A stretch of 63,998 nucleotides of DNA, filler included, from Malassezia furfur (lineage: Eukaryota), in NCBI GenBank assembly GCA_052055015.1. It is 36 parts of 36 records of this genome, joined end to end, with 100 filler letters (N's around TTAATTAATTAA, not from the genome) between each part and the next. Parts side by side here need not be neighbours in the genome. Positions count along the whole stretch, not along the records: positions 23,637 to 25,329 come from JBQJIT010001075.1; positions 25,430 to 27,122 come from JBQJIT010001076.1; positions 27,223 to 28,915 come from JBQJIT010001077.1; positions 29,016 to 30,702 come from JBQJIT010001078.1; positions 30,803 to 32,488 come from JBQJIT010001079.1; positions 32,589 to 34,272 come from JBQJIT010001080.1; 30 more parts are not named here. One strand, 5' to 3'. Positions 23,637-34,372 of the stretch are shown in pieces (position 1 is the first letter of the stretch; the number at the start of each line of letters is the position of its first letter). Both the position numbers and the translations under genes were made by a program. Below the pieces are notes generated by a model. The model searched no databases. It saw only the letters and a list, made by a program, of their open reading frames with translations, and was not told the DNA's origin.

Positions 23637-24194
23637 GACGAGGCGGCCCGTGCGCAGCCGGCGCCGCTCTTCCTCCTGTCCCAGGAATCCGACGCGGATG
23701 CCGACGAGGCGCCGATCCCCATGCCCTCGTCGTCCGTTGCGTGTGCGGCCACGGCGTCGTCGTCGCTGCGTGTGCCGTCGTCGCCGCCACGCCCGCCCGC
23801 CCGGCGCAAGCGTCGCCGCACCGTCGGCCAGCCGTCGCTCTTTGTGGAAGAGGCCGAGCGCGAGACGGATAGCGACGTGCACGGCGAGTCCGACGAAGAC
23901 GATTCCGGGCCCGGCTCCTCCGACGAGAACGAGGAGGACCGCGCGGCGGTCGGCGACTTTGTCGCGACGCAGCACGACGGCTACAACCAAGAGGCCATCT
24001 ACCTGCAGTCGCTCCTCTCGCAGCGGGCGCCCACGCCCTTCCGCGGGCGCGACCGGCTGCAGGAGCTGCTTGCGCGCCGGCGCGCGCTGCAGCCGTCGTC
24101 CGAGGTAGGGCACTCGGACGACGACGCCTACTCGAACGACTCGTTCGTGGTGGGCGACGACGAAATCTCGTGGATGGAGAGCAGTGATGTATAG
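23637..24194 (+). CDS. Acidic C-terminal tail, probably of Mph1/FANCM helicase
   Basis: LFVEEAERETDSD...ENEEDRAAVGDFVATQ...YNQEAIYLQSLLSQ, NDSFVVGDDEI. Confidence 0.55.
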   Translation, partial: DEAARAQPAPLFLLSQESDADADEAPIPMPSSSVACAATASSSLRVPSSPPRPPARRKRRRTVGQPSLFVEEAERETDSDVHGESDEDDSGPGSSDENEEDRAAVGDFVATQHDGYNQEAIYLQSLLSQRAPTPFRGRDRLQELLARRRALQPSSEVGHSDDDAYSNDSFVVGDDEISWMESSDV

Positions 24195-24202
24195 ACGCCA
24201 TG

Positions 24203-25249
24203 CTACATAGGCACCTCGACCGTGACCACTGCGTCGTCGCGGCACCCCGCGGCGCCGAGCAGATTCGCTTGGTCGCCCGCGCGGAACGTAATCACGCTCG
24301 AAGAGCCCGCAAAGATGGTGTCTGGGTGAGCCATGCACGTACCCTTTTCGCTGCCCGTACGGTTCGCCGCAATCAGCGTCGTGCGGTGGCCCTCGTGGCC
24401 CGGCTCGCCCATGCCCGGCACCCACAGCGGGATGCACCGCGCGACCCAGTAGTTGATCGTCGTGACGCTCGGCTGGTTGTGGCTGGGGTCTGTGCGGTAG
24501 GTCTCGTGCTCCTCTTCCGGCAGAAGCCAGTTCATGGGGAGCACGAGCAGGTCGACCTTGTTCTTGTCGCAGTAGTGCGCAAGCTCGTACTTTTCAAAGT
24601 CGGAGTCGAGCAGGTAGGCTGCGGTCAGGCGCACGACGTACGGTTCAGGTCCATGCAGATTGCCACGCAGATCCGCCCGAGGCGCGGCACATCCACGTAC
24701 GAAAAGCCGCGGCCTTCGTCGGCCCACGGCGTGTCGGCCTCGAAGAGAAAGTGCTTGCGGAAGACGTTGGCCAGGTTGCCCTGCGGGTCCACAAGCATCG
24801 CCGAGTTGAACGCCTGGTCGCGCACCTTGGGCAGGTACGTCGAGGTGGCCGCCTCGAGCGCCTGCGGGGTGCGTGCGTCGACGAGGCCTTGGGCGAGCTG
24901 GCAGTCTTCGAGCGCTTCGGGTGACATGCGCTCGGGGAAGCCGGCCACGACGTAGCACTCGAACTGCTTGGCCAGCGACGTCGCCAGCGCATACGTCGCG
25001 CCCTCGCCGCGGTACGGCAGCTCGAGCAGCGGCGCAATATGGTCAAACGAGTCGAACAGGTAGCCTGGGTCAGTGCGCAACCCCCGTACCGGTCAAGGCC
25101 ATCTCGGGCAGGACGAGCAGGTCGATCGAGCCAGGCGCGACGCTGGGTGAGTGGGCAGGCACGTACCTCTTGAGCATCGCGCGAATATGCGCGGCATTCT
25201 CCTCGCACTTGCCGGGCTGCGACGCAAACTGCACCGAGGCGACGCGCAT
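24203..25249 (-). CDS. NTA1: N-terminal amidase Nta1 (carbon-nitrogen hydrolase); introns 25143-25166, 25065-25089, 24619-24641, 24322-24342; complete
   Basis: Spliced product MRVASVQF...IDLLVLPEMALTG|YLF...FNSA...FRKHFLFEADTPWADEG...AICMDLNP|Y...NRTGSEK|DTIFAGSS; E-K-C triad present. Confidence 0.9.
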
Positions 25250-25429
25250 GGTGGTGGGCCCCGTGCGGCCGCTTCCTCCACTTCACGACGATGGTCACCC
25301 AGGCAGAGCTCGAGGCCGCGATCCACGAANNNNNNNNNNNNNNNNNNNNNNNNNNNNNNNNNNNNNNNNNNNNTTAATTAATTAANNNNNNNNNNNNNNN
25401 NNNNNNNNNNNNNNNNNNNNNNNNNNNNN

Positions 25430-26028
25430 GAGAGGGGTAGCTTTGGCGGGCGCGGCGGCGGCGTTGCGGAGTGCGGGCGCGCCTGGGATGCGGGCGCGGG
25501 CGCCGCAAGCGTCGCGGCCGGTGCCGCATCGTCTTGTTGGGCGTAGTGGTGCTGCAAGCGGGACTTCTCCTCCATCGCACGGGCCTCCGACTTGGTGAGG
25601 TACGGTGAGGCCGTGTGGGGATCGGGCGCCTCGGTCGGGGGCGTGACAACGAGCGGGAATTGCAGCGTCGTGTGTGGGCTCGCCTGCGACCCAAACATGG
25701 TCGTGGGTGCCGCAAGGGCGCTGGTGTCCGGGCGCGTCGTGGTCCGGGTGCCGGAGCCAGCGACGTACGACGTCGGGCGCAGCGCAGACGGCGGCGGAGC
25801 AGGGATGTGCGCGTCGGGCACCTCGGTGGGGGGCGTGCCAGCAAGCCCTGCGGTGGGATTGTGGTATGCGTCGACCTCGCTGCGTGCGCGCTCGTACAGG
25901 GCGGCCTTTTCCTCGGCGGCCGTCGGGAAGGAACCGCCGGCGGCCGGCGGCGGAGGGGCCGGCGCCGCGGCCGGCGCCGCTCCCGGCGTCGCGCGTTTCC
26001 GACTCGGCGCAGCTCGCCGCGCTGACAT
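25430..26028 (-). CDS. Hypothetical Pro/Ala-rich protein, N-terminal part
   Basis: ATG at 26028 with open frame; FPTAAEEKAALYERARSEVDAY and AMEEKSRL helical motifs. Confidence 0.55.
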
Positions 26029-26100
26029 GGCAAACTGGAAAAAAAGTGGGCGGATTGGCCATTGTGCAAAATTTCTCGCTCCACCTACTCCACGTGGGAC

Positions 26101-27122
26101 CTATGTCGTGAGGCGCGCCAGCCAAGTGCGCACCTCCTCGAGGCTGTCCTCGCCCGCGCCGGGCTGCCACGCGCCGCGGCGGTCGATGCTCGCGAGGCCA
26201 AAGTGCGCCCGCCCGTCTTCCACGAGACTCGTCTGTAGCTGCGCAAGCACCTCGTCCCCGGTCCGCGACGTGCGCGCAACATAGTCGGCCTGCGCCTCGC
26301 GCCGGTGCCCCGCGCCGGCACGCACATTGTGTCCGAACCGCGTCGGATGCAGCTCGGCAGCGACGCGCGCGTCCCCTGGCGCGGCCCACGCAAGGAACGG
26401 CAGCGCGCGCAGCACGGGCTTCGCCGCAGCGTACACCTTTGTCCACACCGACGTGTGCGCCGCCTCGACCTCGGCGATGCCCTCGACGGTGACGCGCCCC
26501 GTCTGCGTGGTCAGGCCACGCGAGGCGCGGCGCGAGGCGAGCGCCGCATCGAGGCCGCGGCGGCACCGCGCCAAAAGCTGCGCCCGCCGCTTTTCGTCCT
26601 GCAGGCTGTGCCGGTCGGCAAACACGGGCGAGAGGTCCGCGCGCGTAAACAGCACGAGGAGCGCGGGCGGCGCGCGCGTGCCACGCGCCTCGCGCCGCGC
26701 CGCAAGCGTGCACAGCGTGTCGTGCAGCCAGTCGACGCTGTCCATCAGCGCCGCCTGCAAATCGGTGCGCTTCAGCGTCGAGAGCGCCGCAGCGGCGGTC
26801 GCCGACTCGCTCCCGCCGCGGCTCGCGACCGACGCGTCGATGCAGTAGATCAGCGCGTCGGCCTCGTCGAGGTGTGCGTGCGCCGCGTGCCGCAGGCGCG
26901 CATGGCCGGGCACGTCGACGAGGTGCATCGCCGGCGCGCGGTCGGACGCCGCGACGTCGGCGGCGTTGACACGCTGCGACGTCGCCGTGTCCGGTGCGAC
27001 GTCCATCGCGAGGCGCAGGAACACGTTGGTCTTACCCGCGCGCTCGCCGCCGAGCAGCAGGACGGTGGGGTGCGTCCGCGCAGGCCGCGCGGCGACGGCG
27101 GCCTCCTTGGCGGGCGCCGTGC
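26101..27122 (-). CDS. SRP102: Signal recognition particle receptor beta subunit (Arf-like GTPase); 5' truncated
   Basis: PTVLLLGGERAGKT (G1), LVDVPGHARLR (G3), LIYCIDAS, LLVLFTRAD. Confidence 0.75.
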
Positions 27123-27222
27123 NNNNNNNNNNNNNNNNNNNNNNNNNNNNNNNNNNNNNNNNNNNNTTAATTAATTAANNNNNNNNNNNNNNNNNNNNNN
27201 NNNNNNNNNNNNNNNNNNNNNN

Positions 27223-28915
27223 TCGCAGGCCCCGCCTCGCGCTCAGGCCGCACGGGCGACACAGGTGTGGCGGGCGCCGCCGCCGCCGCCGCCGCCGCCT
27301 CGCGCGGAGGGTTCACGGCGCGGATCGTCGGGGCCGTGTACGCAATCTGCAGCTCGTCGAGGCGGACAGGCGGCGCTGCCTCCGTCCGCTGATTCGGCGC
27401 ACCCACCGTCGGCCGCATCGGCCACGGGGGCGTGTCGCGGGGCGTTTCGCGGGGCGTTTCGCGGGGCGTTTCGCGGGGTCGTTCGGCGGCGCGCGCCACA
27501 GGGGCGGCGTTGCGTGACGACTCGGCGGCGCGCAGCGCGTGCGGAGTGTCCCGCGGGCGTTCGGCGGCGCGCACTACAGGGGCAGCATTGCGTAGCGGCT
27601 CGGCGGCACGCACCACAGGCGCAGCGCTGCGTGGCGGCTCCGCAGGGGGCACCACAGGCGCAGCGCTGCGTGGCGGCTCGGCGGGCGGCACCGGCCGCAT
27701 CGTCGGCGCGGCGTTCCGAGGCGGCTCGGCGGGCGGCACCGCAGGTGCAGCATTGCGTGGTGGCACCGCAGGCGCCGCCTCGCGCGTCACAGCACTCCCG
27801 CGCCGCGCGTCGGTAGGCCGTACGACGCGCCGCGGCGGCGGTGCATGCCGCTCGCGCGGCGGCAGCGGTGGCGGCGGCGCCCTACGTCGCACACGCGTCG
27901 GCCCCGCGTCCTCGGGCTGTACGGGAGACTGCGGCTGCGGCTGAGGCTGTGGCTGTGACGGCGTCGGTGCCTCTGCAGCTGTCGGCTCCTCGGGCGCCGG
28001 CGTGCGATGTTCGTCGCGTGAATAGCTCCGCGTCGGCGGAAAGTGCCGCGTGGCCGCCGTGATGGTCGGCAGGCGCGAGTGCGTCGGCAGCGGCGCAGCC
28101 GACGACCGTGGGTTCGTAAACGCACCACCATAGTGGCTCAGGGGCCTCGGCAATGTGCCGCGCTCGGCCGGCTCCGCCTCGGCGCGCACCGACGGCATGG
28201 TGCTTTCCAAGTACGCCTCGAGCGACGCAAAGCGCCCATCGGGCGTCGACGTCGTGGGCGTCGCCTGTGTGCCGGGCGCGGGGTGCGTCGAGTGCATCTC
28301 GCGCAGCTGGTCGTAGGCGGTACGTAGGAACGGCACTTGGGACGGCGGCGGCGGAGGCAGCGGCCGCGACGCACTGCTAGTGCTCGACGTGCTCGCGATG
28401 CTCGTATCGCCACGAGACGCCGACGGGGGCTGCGGCGCAGGCCGCCGTGGCCGCACGGGCGTCGTCACAGAGCGGTCCGCATCGGGCGCCGGCACAGTCG
28501 CCACACTGGGGCTCGCGGCGCGCGGGGTATAGCGTCTGGCGCAGTCTGTACAGGCCGCGACGTGGGAGGAGGGATGGGTGGATGGGATGGGGGCGTAGCG
28601 GCCGCGGCCGGCACTGGGGCGCTAGGCGCCGCAGGCCGCGTGTCCAAAGGCCGCTCGGATACCAAGGGGCGCGGCGTGCGCGTTGCAGGGCGCAGCGACG
28701 ACGGCAACGCCGCAGCTGGTGTCGTGCGCACCGCTTCTGGTGCGGTGGCCCTACCAGACGCACCCGGCGCCGGGAGACGCGGCTCCTGCGCACGGGCCTC
28801 TTTGGCCGCAGCAGGCGCCGGCGCCGGCGTTGGCGGGACGCTGTACGGCACCCACGCCCCCGGAATCGGGCGGGAGGCGCGAAGAGGCCGCTCGGCGGGA
28901 GTGGCAGACTCGGCG
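27223..28915 (-). CDS. Pro/Arg-rich hypothetical protein, internal fragment with an apparent frameshift near 28500-28620
   Basis: Two overlapping long frames (28465-28915 and 27223-28504) with similar composition; no intron signal between them. Confidence 0.5.
27436..27780 (-). repeat. Coding repeats: 12-nt PRET units plus ~39-nt AEPPRSAAPVVxx units
   Basis: cgcggggcgttt x3-4, and repeated AEPPR(N/S)AAP peptide. Confidence 0.8.
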
Positions 28916-29243
28916 NNNNNNNNNNNNNNNNNNNNNNNNNNNNNNNNNNNNNNNNNNNNTTAATTAATTAANNNNNNNNNNNNNNNNNNNNNNNNNNNNN
29001 NNNNNNNNNNNNNNNCATTCCCTCCCCCCAAAAAAAAATTACCCAATTTAGCCATCACTTTTGATCGTGTGTGTCGTGTAATCGGCACTGGAACCTGTTG
29101 TTCTTTGACTAGCAGCATCGCGCGCGTGTGGCGCGGACGGTGTTGAAGCAGCTTCCTGTAGCAGCCTATGTAAAGATGTCCCTTGGCACACGAGGGAGGA
29201 GGCCGTTGCGCGCGTGGTGCATCACGTGGTTTTTGTCCCCATC

Positions 29244-29488
29244 ATGTTTGGACGCGTGATGCACCTGGTGGTGGACGCGATGCTGATCAGCGTCGTGCTG
29301 TCCGGCATCAAACGGAACACGGGCCTGACGTTGTCGCTCGCGCGGATCCCCAACCGTGACTTGCGCAAGTTTTTCAGCGCGTACCTCGAGGCGGGCGAGT
29401 GGGTGCGTCGAGGTGTTGGCTCACGCAGTTGATGGACTTTACCGTGGTGATCCTCGGCCGCAGCCGCTCGTTTGAGCGGATCCGCTAG
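29244..29488 (+). CDS. Small conserved fungal protein (DUF1748-like), 72 aa; intron 29403-29428; complete
   Basis: MFGRVMHLVVDAMLISVVLSGIKRNTGL...YLEAGEW|LMDFTVVILGRSRSFERIR*. Confidence 0.8.
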
Positions 29489-29588
29489 GCGTGCATGGCG
29501 GTGGGGAAGGAGATGGATTCGTATACCCTATATGACACATATCAATCGACCCAGACGCGGCGTGGCGCGTATGGCAGCGAGCACTGCC

Positions 29589-30702
29589 CTATGCAGGCTC
29601 CGGGGCGAGCTGCGTGGTGGTCTGCAGCGCGCCAAGCCGCTTGTGGATGCTCTTGAGGAACTTTTCCACGAGCAGCACCGAGTTCATCGAGAGCCCCATG
29701 TGCTCCTCGCCCGGATCGAGCAGCCCCTGCAGCAGGCTCGCCGCCGTCTCGTACGCCAGCACGCAGCTCGTCGGGTCCCACGACAGCCCGTCGCGGTTCC
29801 CCTCGAGCTCGTCGAGCGCCGCGGCGCGCGCGAGCTCGAGCGCCTTGTCAAAGATTTGGCGGTCCGCCTGCTGCACGTTGTCCGGCAATGTGGAGGGGCT
29901 GCACAGGCCGCGCGCGTACATGGACCGTTCGTAGCAGCGCTGGAAGTGGGTGCGGAACCAGTGCGCGTAGTTGCGCATCTCGTCGGTTGGCTCGGTGTCG
30001 TGCAGCGACTCGGCGTACGCGTTGATGGCCGTGAGCCCGCGCTGTAGGAAGCCGAGCGCACGCACGTACAGCGCGAGGGCCTCGGCGATCGTCGTCTCTT
30101 GCGCGTGCAGCGCCGCCGAGTTGGGGCTGCTGCCCGCGGGGCTGATGCCGCCACTCGGTGGGCGTGCTCCGGACTGGTACTCGGCAAGCTTGGCGTCCGC
30201 AAACTCGCCGAGGACGTACGCCTTCTGCGCCAGGCCACGCAGGCGCTCCGCGTCATCGTCCGGCGCCACCTCGTTCGACGGCGGGCCGGGCGGCGGCGGC
30301 GGCTGCGACGCGTCCGCGGCATGGGCGCCCGAAGCGTGCGCCTTGTGGTGTGCCTCGCGGAACGCCGCGCCCAGACCCGGCGTGCCGCTGGCGTCGTCGG
30401 TGCGCGGCGAGCCTGCGAGCGCCGCGCCGACCGTCAAGCTCATGGCGCGCGACAAGGCGCTCGGCTGCAGCGTGCGCTCCGGCTCGCTGCGTTTCGGCAG
30501 CGGACGCGGCACGGGCGGGTCGCCGCCGTGCGCCACGCCGGGCTCGAACCCGAACGCGGTGTTGGGCGTGCGCGCCTTGTCGTGCAGCGGCATGTCCATC
30601 AGCCGACTCGCGAGCGCTTCTTGCGTGTCGGCGGGCGGCGCCGCGGCACGGACGGGCGCGGTGTGCGTCGGGGGCCTTGCGCGACTCGCGCGCCTGCGCC
30701 CA
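29589..30702 (-). CDS. ATG1: Autophagy kinase Atg1, C-terminal tandem MIT region
   Basis: SALSRAM, LAQKAYVLGEFADAK, AEALALYVRALGFLQRG, IFDKALELARAAALDEL, YETAASLLQGLLD. Confidence 0.85.
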
Positions 30703-30802
30703 NNNNNNNNNNNNNNNNNNNNNNNNNNNNNNNNNNNNNNNNNNNNTTAATTAATTAANNNNNNNNNNNNNNNNNNNNNNNNNNNNNNNNNNNNNNNNNN
30801 NN

Positions 30803-31251
30803 TGACGCTGTGGGCGCCGTATGCGCTGCTCGGCATTTTGCTGCGTACGCAGCGCGTTGTGGTGCCGCATGCGCGACCCGAGGCGCTTGCGCTCGCGCCG
30901 CAGGAGGAGGGCGCGGACGCTCCCACGCGCACATCCGCAGACGCCGCTGCAGACGCCGAGGCGACGCCGCTGCACGCGCTCGCGGGCACGGTCATGGGCC
31001 TGCACAACTGGAGCATTGTGCTGCCGCAGCTGCTGACGTCGCTGCTCTCTTCGCTATGTACGTGGCTAGCTGACCCAGTCTTTAGCGTGCCGTCGCTTGT
31101 GTGGGACGCGCCGACCGCCGCGGCGTTTGACAGCACCGGCCTGCTGTTCCGCGTGAGCAGTGTGTGCACGCTGCTGGCGGCCCTCCACACGGCGCGGTGG
31201 ATCCGGGCGCACGACTCGCCGGCCGGGGGCGGGGGCAGCAGTGTCATGTGA
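30803..31251 (+). CDS. C-terminus of a Sut1/SUC (SLC45-like) alpha-glucoside transporter; probable in-frame intron 31058-31078
   Basis: TLWAPYALLG...AGTVMGLHNWSIVLPQLL matches the WAPFALIG...AGxxLGxHNxxIVxPQ pattern. Confidence 0.75.
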
Positions 31252-31731
31252 GGTGGGTCTCGATTGGCCCCTGCGCGGCGGATGCATTACCTAAGCACCG
31301 CTGTGCGCGTGGGCAGTGCACTGGCATGTCGGTGCATGCCGCAGCACGTTGGGGCGTGGGCGAGTGGATCGGTCCGCATCCGTCATGGGGTGCCCACGAG
31401 GCCGGCCGACGTTGGCTGCAGTGTCTCCACTGTATGCGTGCCGGTGATTGGGTAGATGTTATATTAGATACGCACCGCGCAGGCCGAAGCAGCAGGCGTG
31501 GCCGGGTGTGCACCGCTGTGCCCGTGGCCTCCCCGACACAACGTATCAGCCGCGTACATCAGTCCGTGACCACCACCTCCTGGATCTCACAACGAGCGAC
31601 TCCGAGTCTGTACGTATGGATGAGGGGACGGGCACTCGGGCGCTGTCGCGCACGACGTGCGGTCGTCCCCCCTGGCGCATGAATGGATGCTGACCGATGC
31701 GTGTGTTGGACAGAAGTTTCCATCGTTCAGT

Positions 31732-32488
31732 ATGACCCAATCCCGCGAAGATTCCGTGTACCTCGCCAAGCTCGCCGAGCAGGCTGAGCGCTACGAGGAG
31801 ATGGTTGAAAATATGAAGCGCGTTGCGTCTTCCAACCAGGAGCTCACCGTGGAGGAGCGCAACCTGCTCTCGGTTGCGTACAAGAACGTGATTGGTGCGC
31901 GACGTGCGTCGTGGCGCATCGTCTCGTCCATCGAGCAGAAGGAGGAGTCGAAGGGCAACGAGGCGCAGGTGCAGATGATCAAGGTGTACCGCGAAAAGAT
32001 TGAGTCCGAGCTGGCCCAGATCTGCGAGGACATCCTCAAGGTGCTCGACACGCACCTCATCCCCTCGGCTGCGTCGGGCGAGAGCAAGGTGTTCTACCAC
32101 AAGATGAAGGGCGACTACCACCGCTACCTTGCCGAGTTCGCCACGGGCGACAAGCGCAAGGACTCGGCGGACAAGTCGCTCGAGTCGTACAAGGCCGCCT
32201 CGGACGTGGCCGTGACGGAGCTGCCGCCGACGCACCCGATCCGCCTGGGTCTGGCGCTCAACTTCTCCGTGTTCTACTACGAGATCCTCAACTCGCCCGA
32301 CCGCGCGTGCCACCTGGCGAAGCAGGCCTTTGACGATGCGATCGCTGAGCTGGATACCCTGTCGGAGGAGAGCTACAAGGACTCGACGTTGATCATGCAG
32401 CTCCTGCGTGACAACCTCACGCTCTGGACGAGTGACATGCAGGACACCGAGAAGCCCGCCGAGGGCGCCGCGGCCGCCCCTGCCGAGG
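31732..32488 (+). CDS. BMH1: 14-3-3 protein; near-complete; probable 5'-UTR intron 31610-31713
   Basis: [74 protein letters not shown]. Confidence 0.98.
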
Positions 32489-32588
32489 NNNNNNNNNNNN
32501 NNNNNNNNNNNNNNNNNNNNNNNNNNNNNNNNTTAATTAATTAANNNNNNNNNNNNNNNNNNNNNNNNNNNNNNNNNNNNNNNNNNNN

Positions 32589-34228
32589 AGTGGCTGCGAG
32601 GCGGGGCGCTTGGCGCCCGGAGCGCCCGGCGTGGGCGCTGCGTGCGCCGCGTGCTCGGCGGGGCGCACACGTGCCGGCTGCTTGCTGTTCTCCTTGGCGC
32701 TGTCCAGCTGTTCCTGCAGGTAGTCGACGAACCGCACGCCGTCCATGAGGAAGGGCATGCCGTGCTCGGTCTCCCATGCAGGAATGACGCGCAGCAGCTC
32801 GTGCTCTACCTTGGGTTTCTGGATCTTGACGCGCTTGCGCATCTTTTCCTCGCGCAGCAGCCGCCCCGGATCGCCTCGGTTATTGCGTCCGAGGAGCCGT
32901 GAGCCGTCCTGCGCACTCTCCTCGAGGGCGCGCGCCTCGTTGCAGATCTCCTGGTACCGTCCAATCAGCGCAAGCAGCGGCGCACGCTGCTCGAGCATTT
33001 CGCCCAGTCGTGCACACATCTGCTCGTGCTGTGCAAGGATCGCATCGTAGTCAAACGTCGTCTCCGACTCGGCGTCGGGCAGCTCGAGAAAGTAGGCGGG
33101 GAACAGCGCGTGCCGCTCCGCATCGGACATGAACAGTGCATCCCATTGCTCCCAAATCTGCTCACGCGTCTTGGCGATAAAGAGCGTCATGTGCTGCGAC
33201 TTGAGTGCACGCATCTTATCAAGCTCCTCTTTGTACTGGGTCAGTGGCAGGGACAGACGTACCGCATGCACGACCTCAAGTGTGCTTCCCCGGTGATCCA
33301 GCACAAATGCATCCATCTCGGCCTCGGGCACATCGAAACGCATCCACAGCTCGCACAGCTCGTCGTAGTAGGTCTGAATATTGGTCTCGCGCTGCGTCTT
33401 TTCCGCTTCGAGCGCCGCGCGTTTCGCGTCACACTGCGCGAGCACGTCGTCGGTCGGCTGCAGCAGCGGCGCAGCAGGGGCCTCGGCGCTTGGTGCGGGC
33501 GCCTCGCTTGGGACAAACTCGCCACGGAATACGCCGTCATGGAGCACGGGGCGCTGCTGGGTATACCGCAAGAGCGCCGCATCCAACGCGCCCTCCGCGC
33601 CGGGCGCCGCCTGCAGCGCCCCGTCGTCGGCGAGCGATACGGCGGGTAAAAGGTGCAGCTCAGCCCAGAGCTGCAAAATCTCGGTAAACTGCGTCTCCAT
33701 CTGCAGCTTGCGCGTGGTGTAGAGTTGCTGGACGTGCTGCCAATGCTGCTCGAGCTGCGCAAGGCGCGAGGGCGTCACATCCTCATACGTGCCATGCGCA
33801 GGCCCGGGCACGGGCAGTGCGCCGCCAGCACTCGACATACACGCATCAAGCGTTTGAATCTGGTCGACGACCAGCGCGCACTGCTCGCGCTGTGCGGTGT
33901 AGGTGCGCTCGAGCCGCGCCTGCTCCTCTTCGAGCTGCGCGGCCTGCGCGAGCAGGGGCGTGTCTGCCGCAGGAGTAGACTGTCGTTCTGCACCTGTTGC
34001 GGCTAGCAGCTGCGCAATCGCGCGCTCGCGCTCCGCACACTGCTCGGCGACGCGCGCGACGTCGGCCTGGACCACGCGAAGTTGCGCGTGGACAGCATCG
34101 TGGATACACGTCTTCAAAGAAGCCATCGCCTTCTCAAGCTCGGCAGGCGGGCTGCCCAGCTGCGCATGGAGCGCCGCGAGCTCGGCGCACGATGCATCGA
34201 TCAACGCGCTCAGCGTCGAGGCGTCCAT
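32589..34228 (-). CDS. ASE1: Ase1/PRC1/MAP65 spindle microtubule crosslinker; in-frame intron 33236-33262; 3' truncated
   Basis: Coiled coil; REQIWEQWDALFMS, SRLLGRNNRGDPGRLLREEKMRKRV, WETEHGMPFLMDG. Confidence 0.88.
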
Positions 34229-34372
34229 CGTGCGCCGCGATGGTCGTGGGCGCCGTGTTGCTTTCGCACGTGNNNNNNNNNNNNNNNNNNNNNNNNNNNN
34301 NNNNNNNNNNNNNNNNTTAATTAATTAANNNNNNNNNNNNNNNNNNNNNNNNNNNNNNNNNNNNNNNNNNNN

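Noticed and set aside
31657..31731. N-terminal extension of 14-3-3 predicted by the ORF track
   Set aside because: Most of it lies inside the probable 5'-UTR intron; the conserved protein starts at ATG 31732
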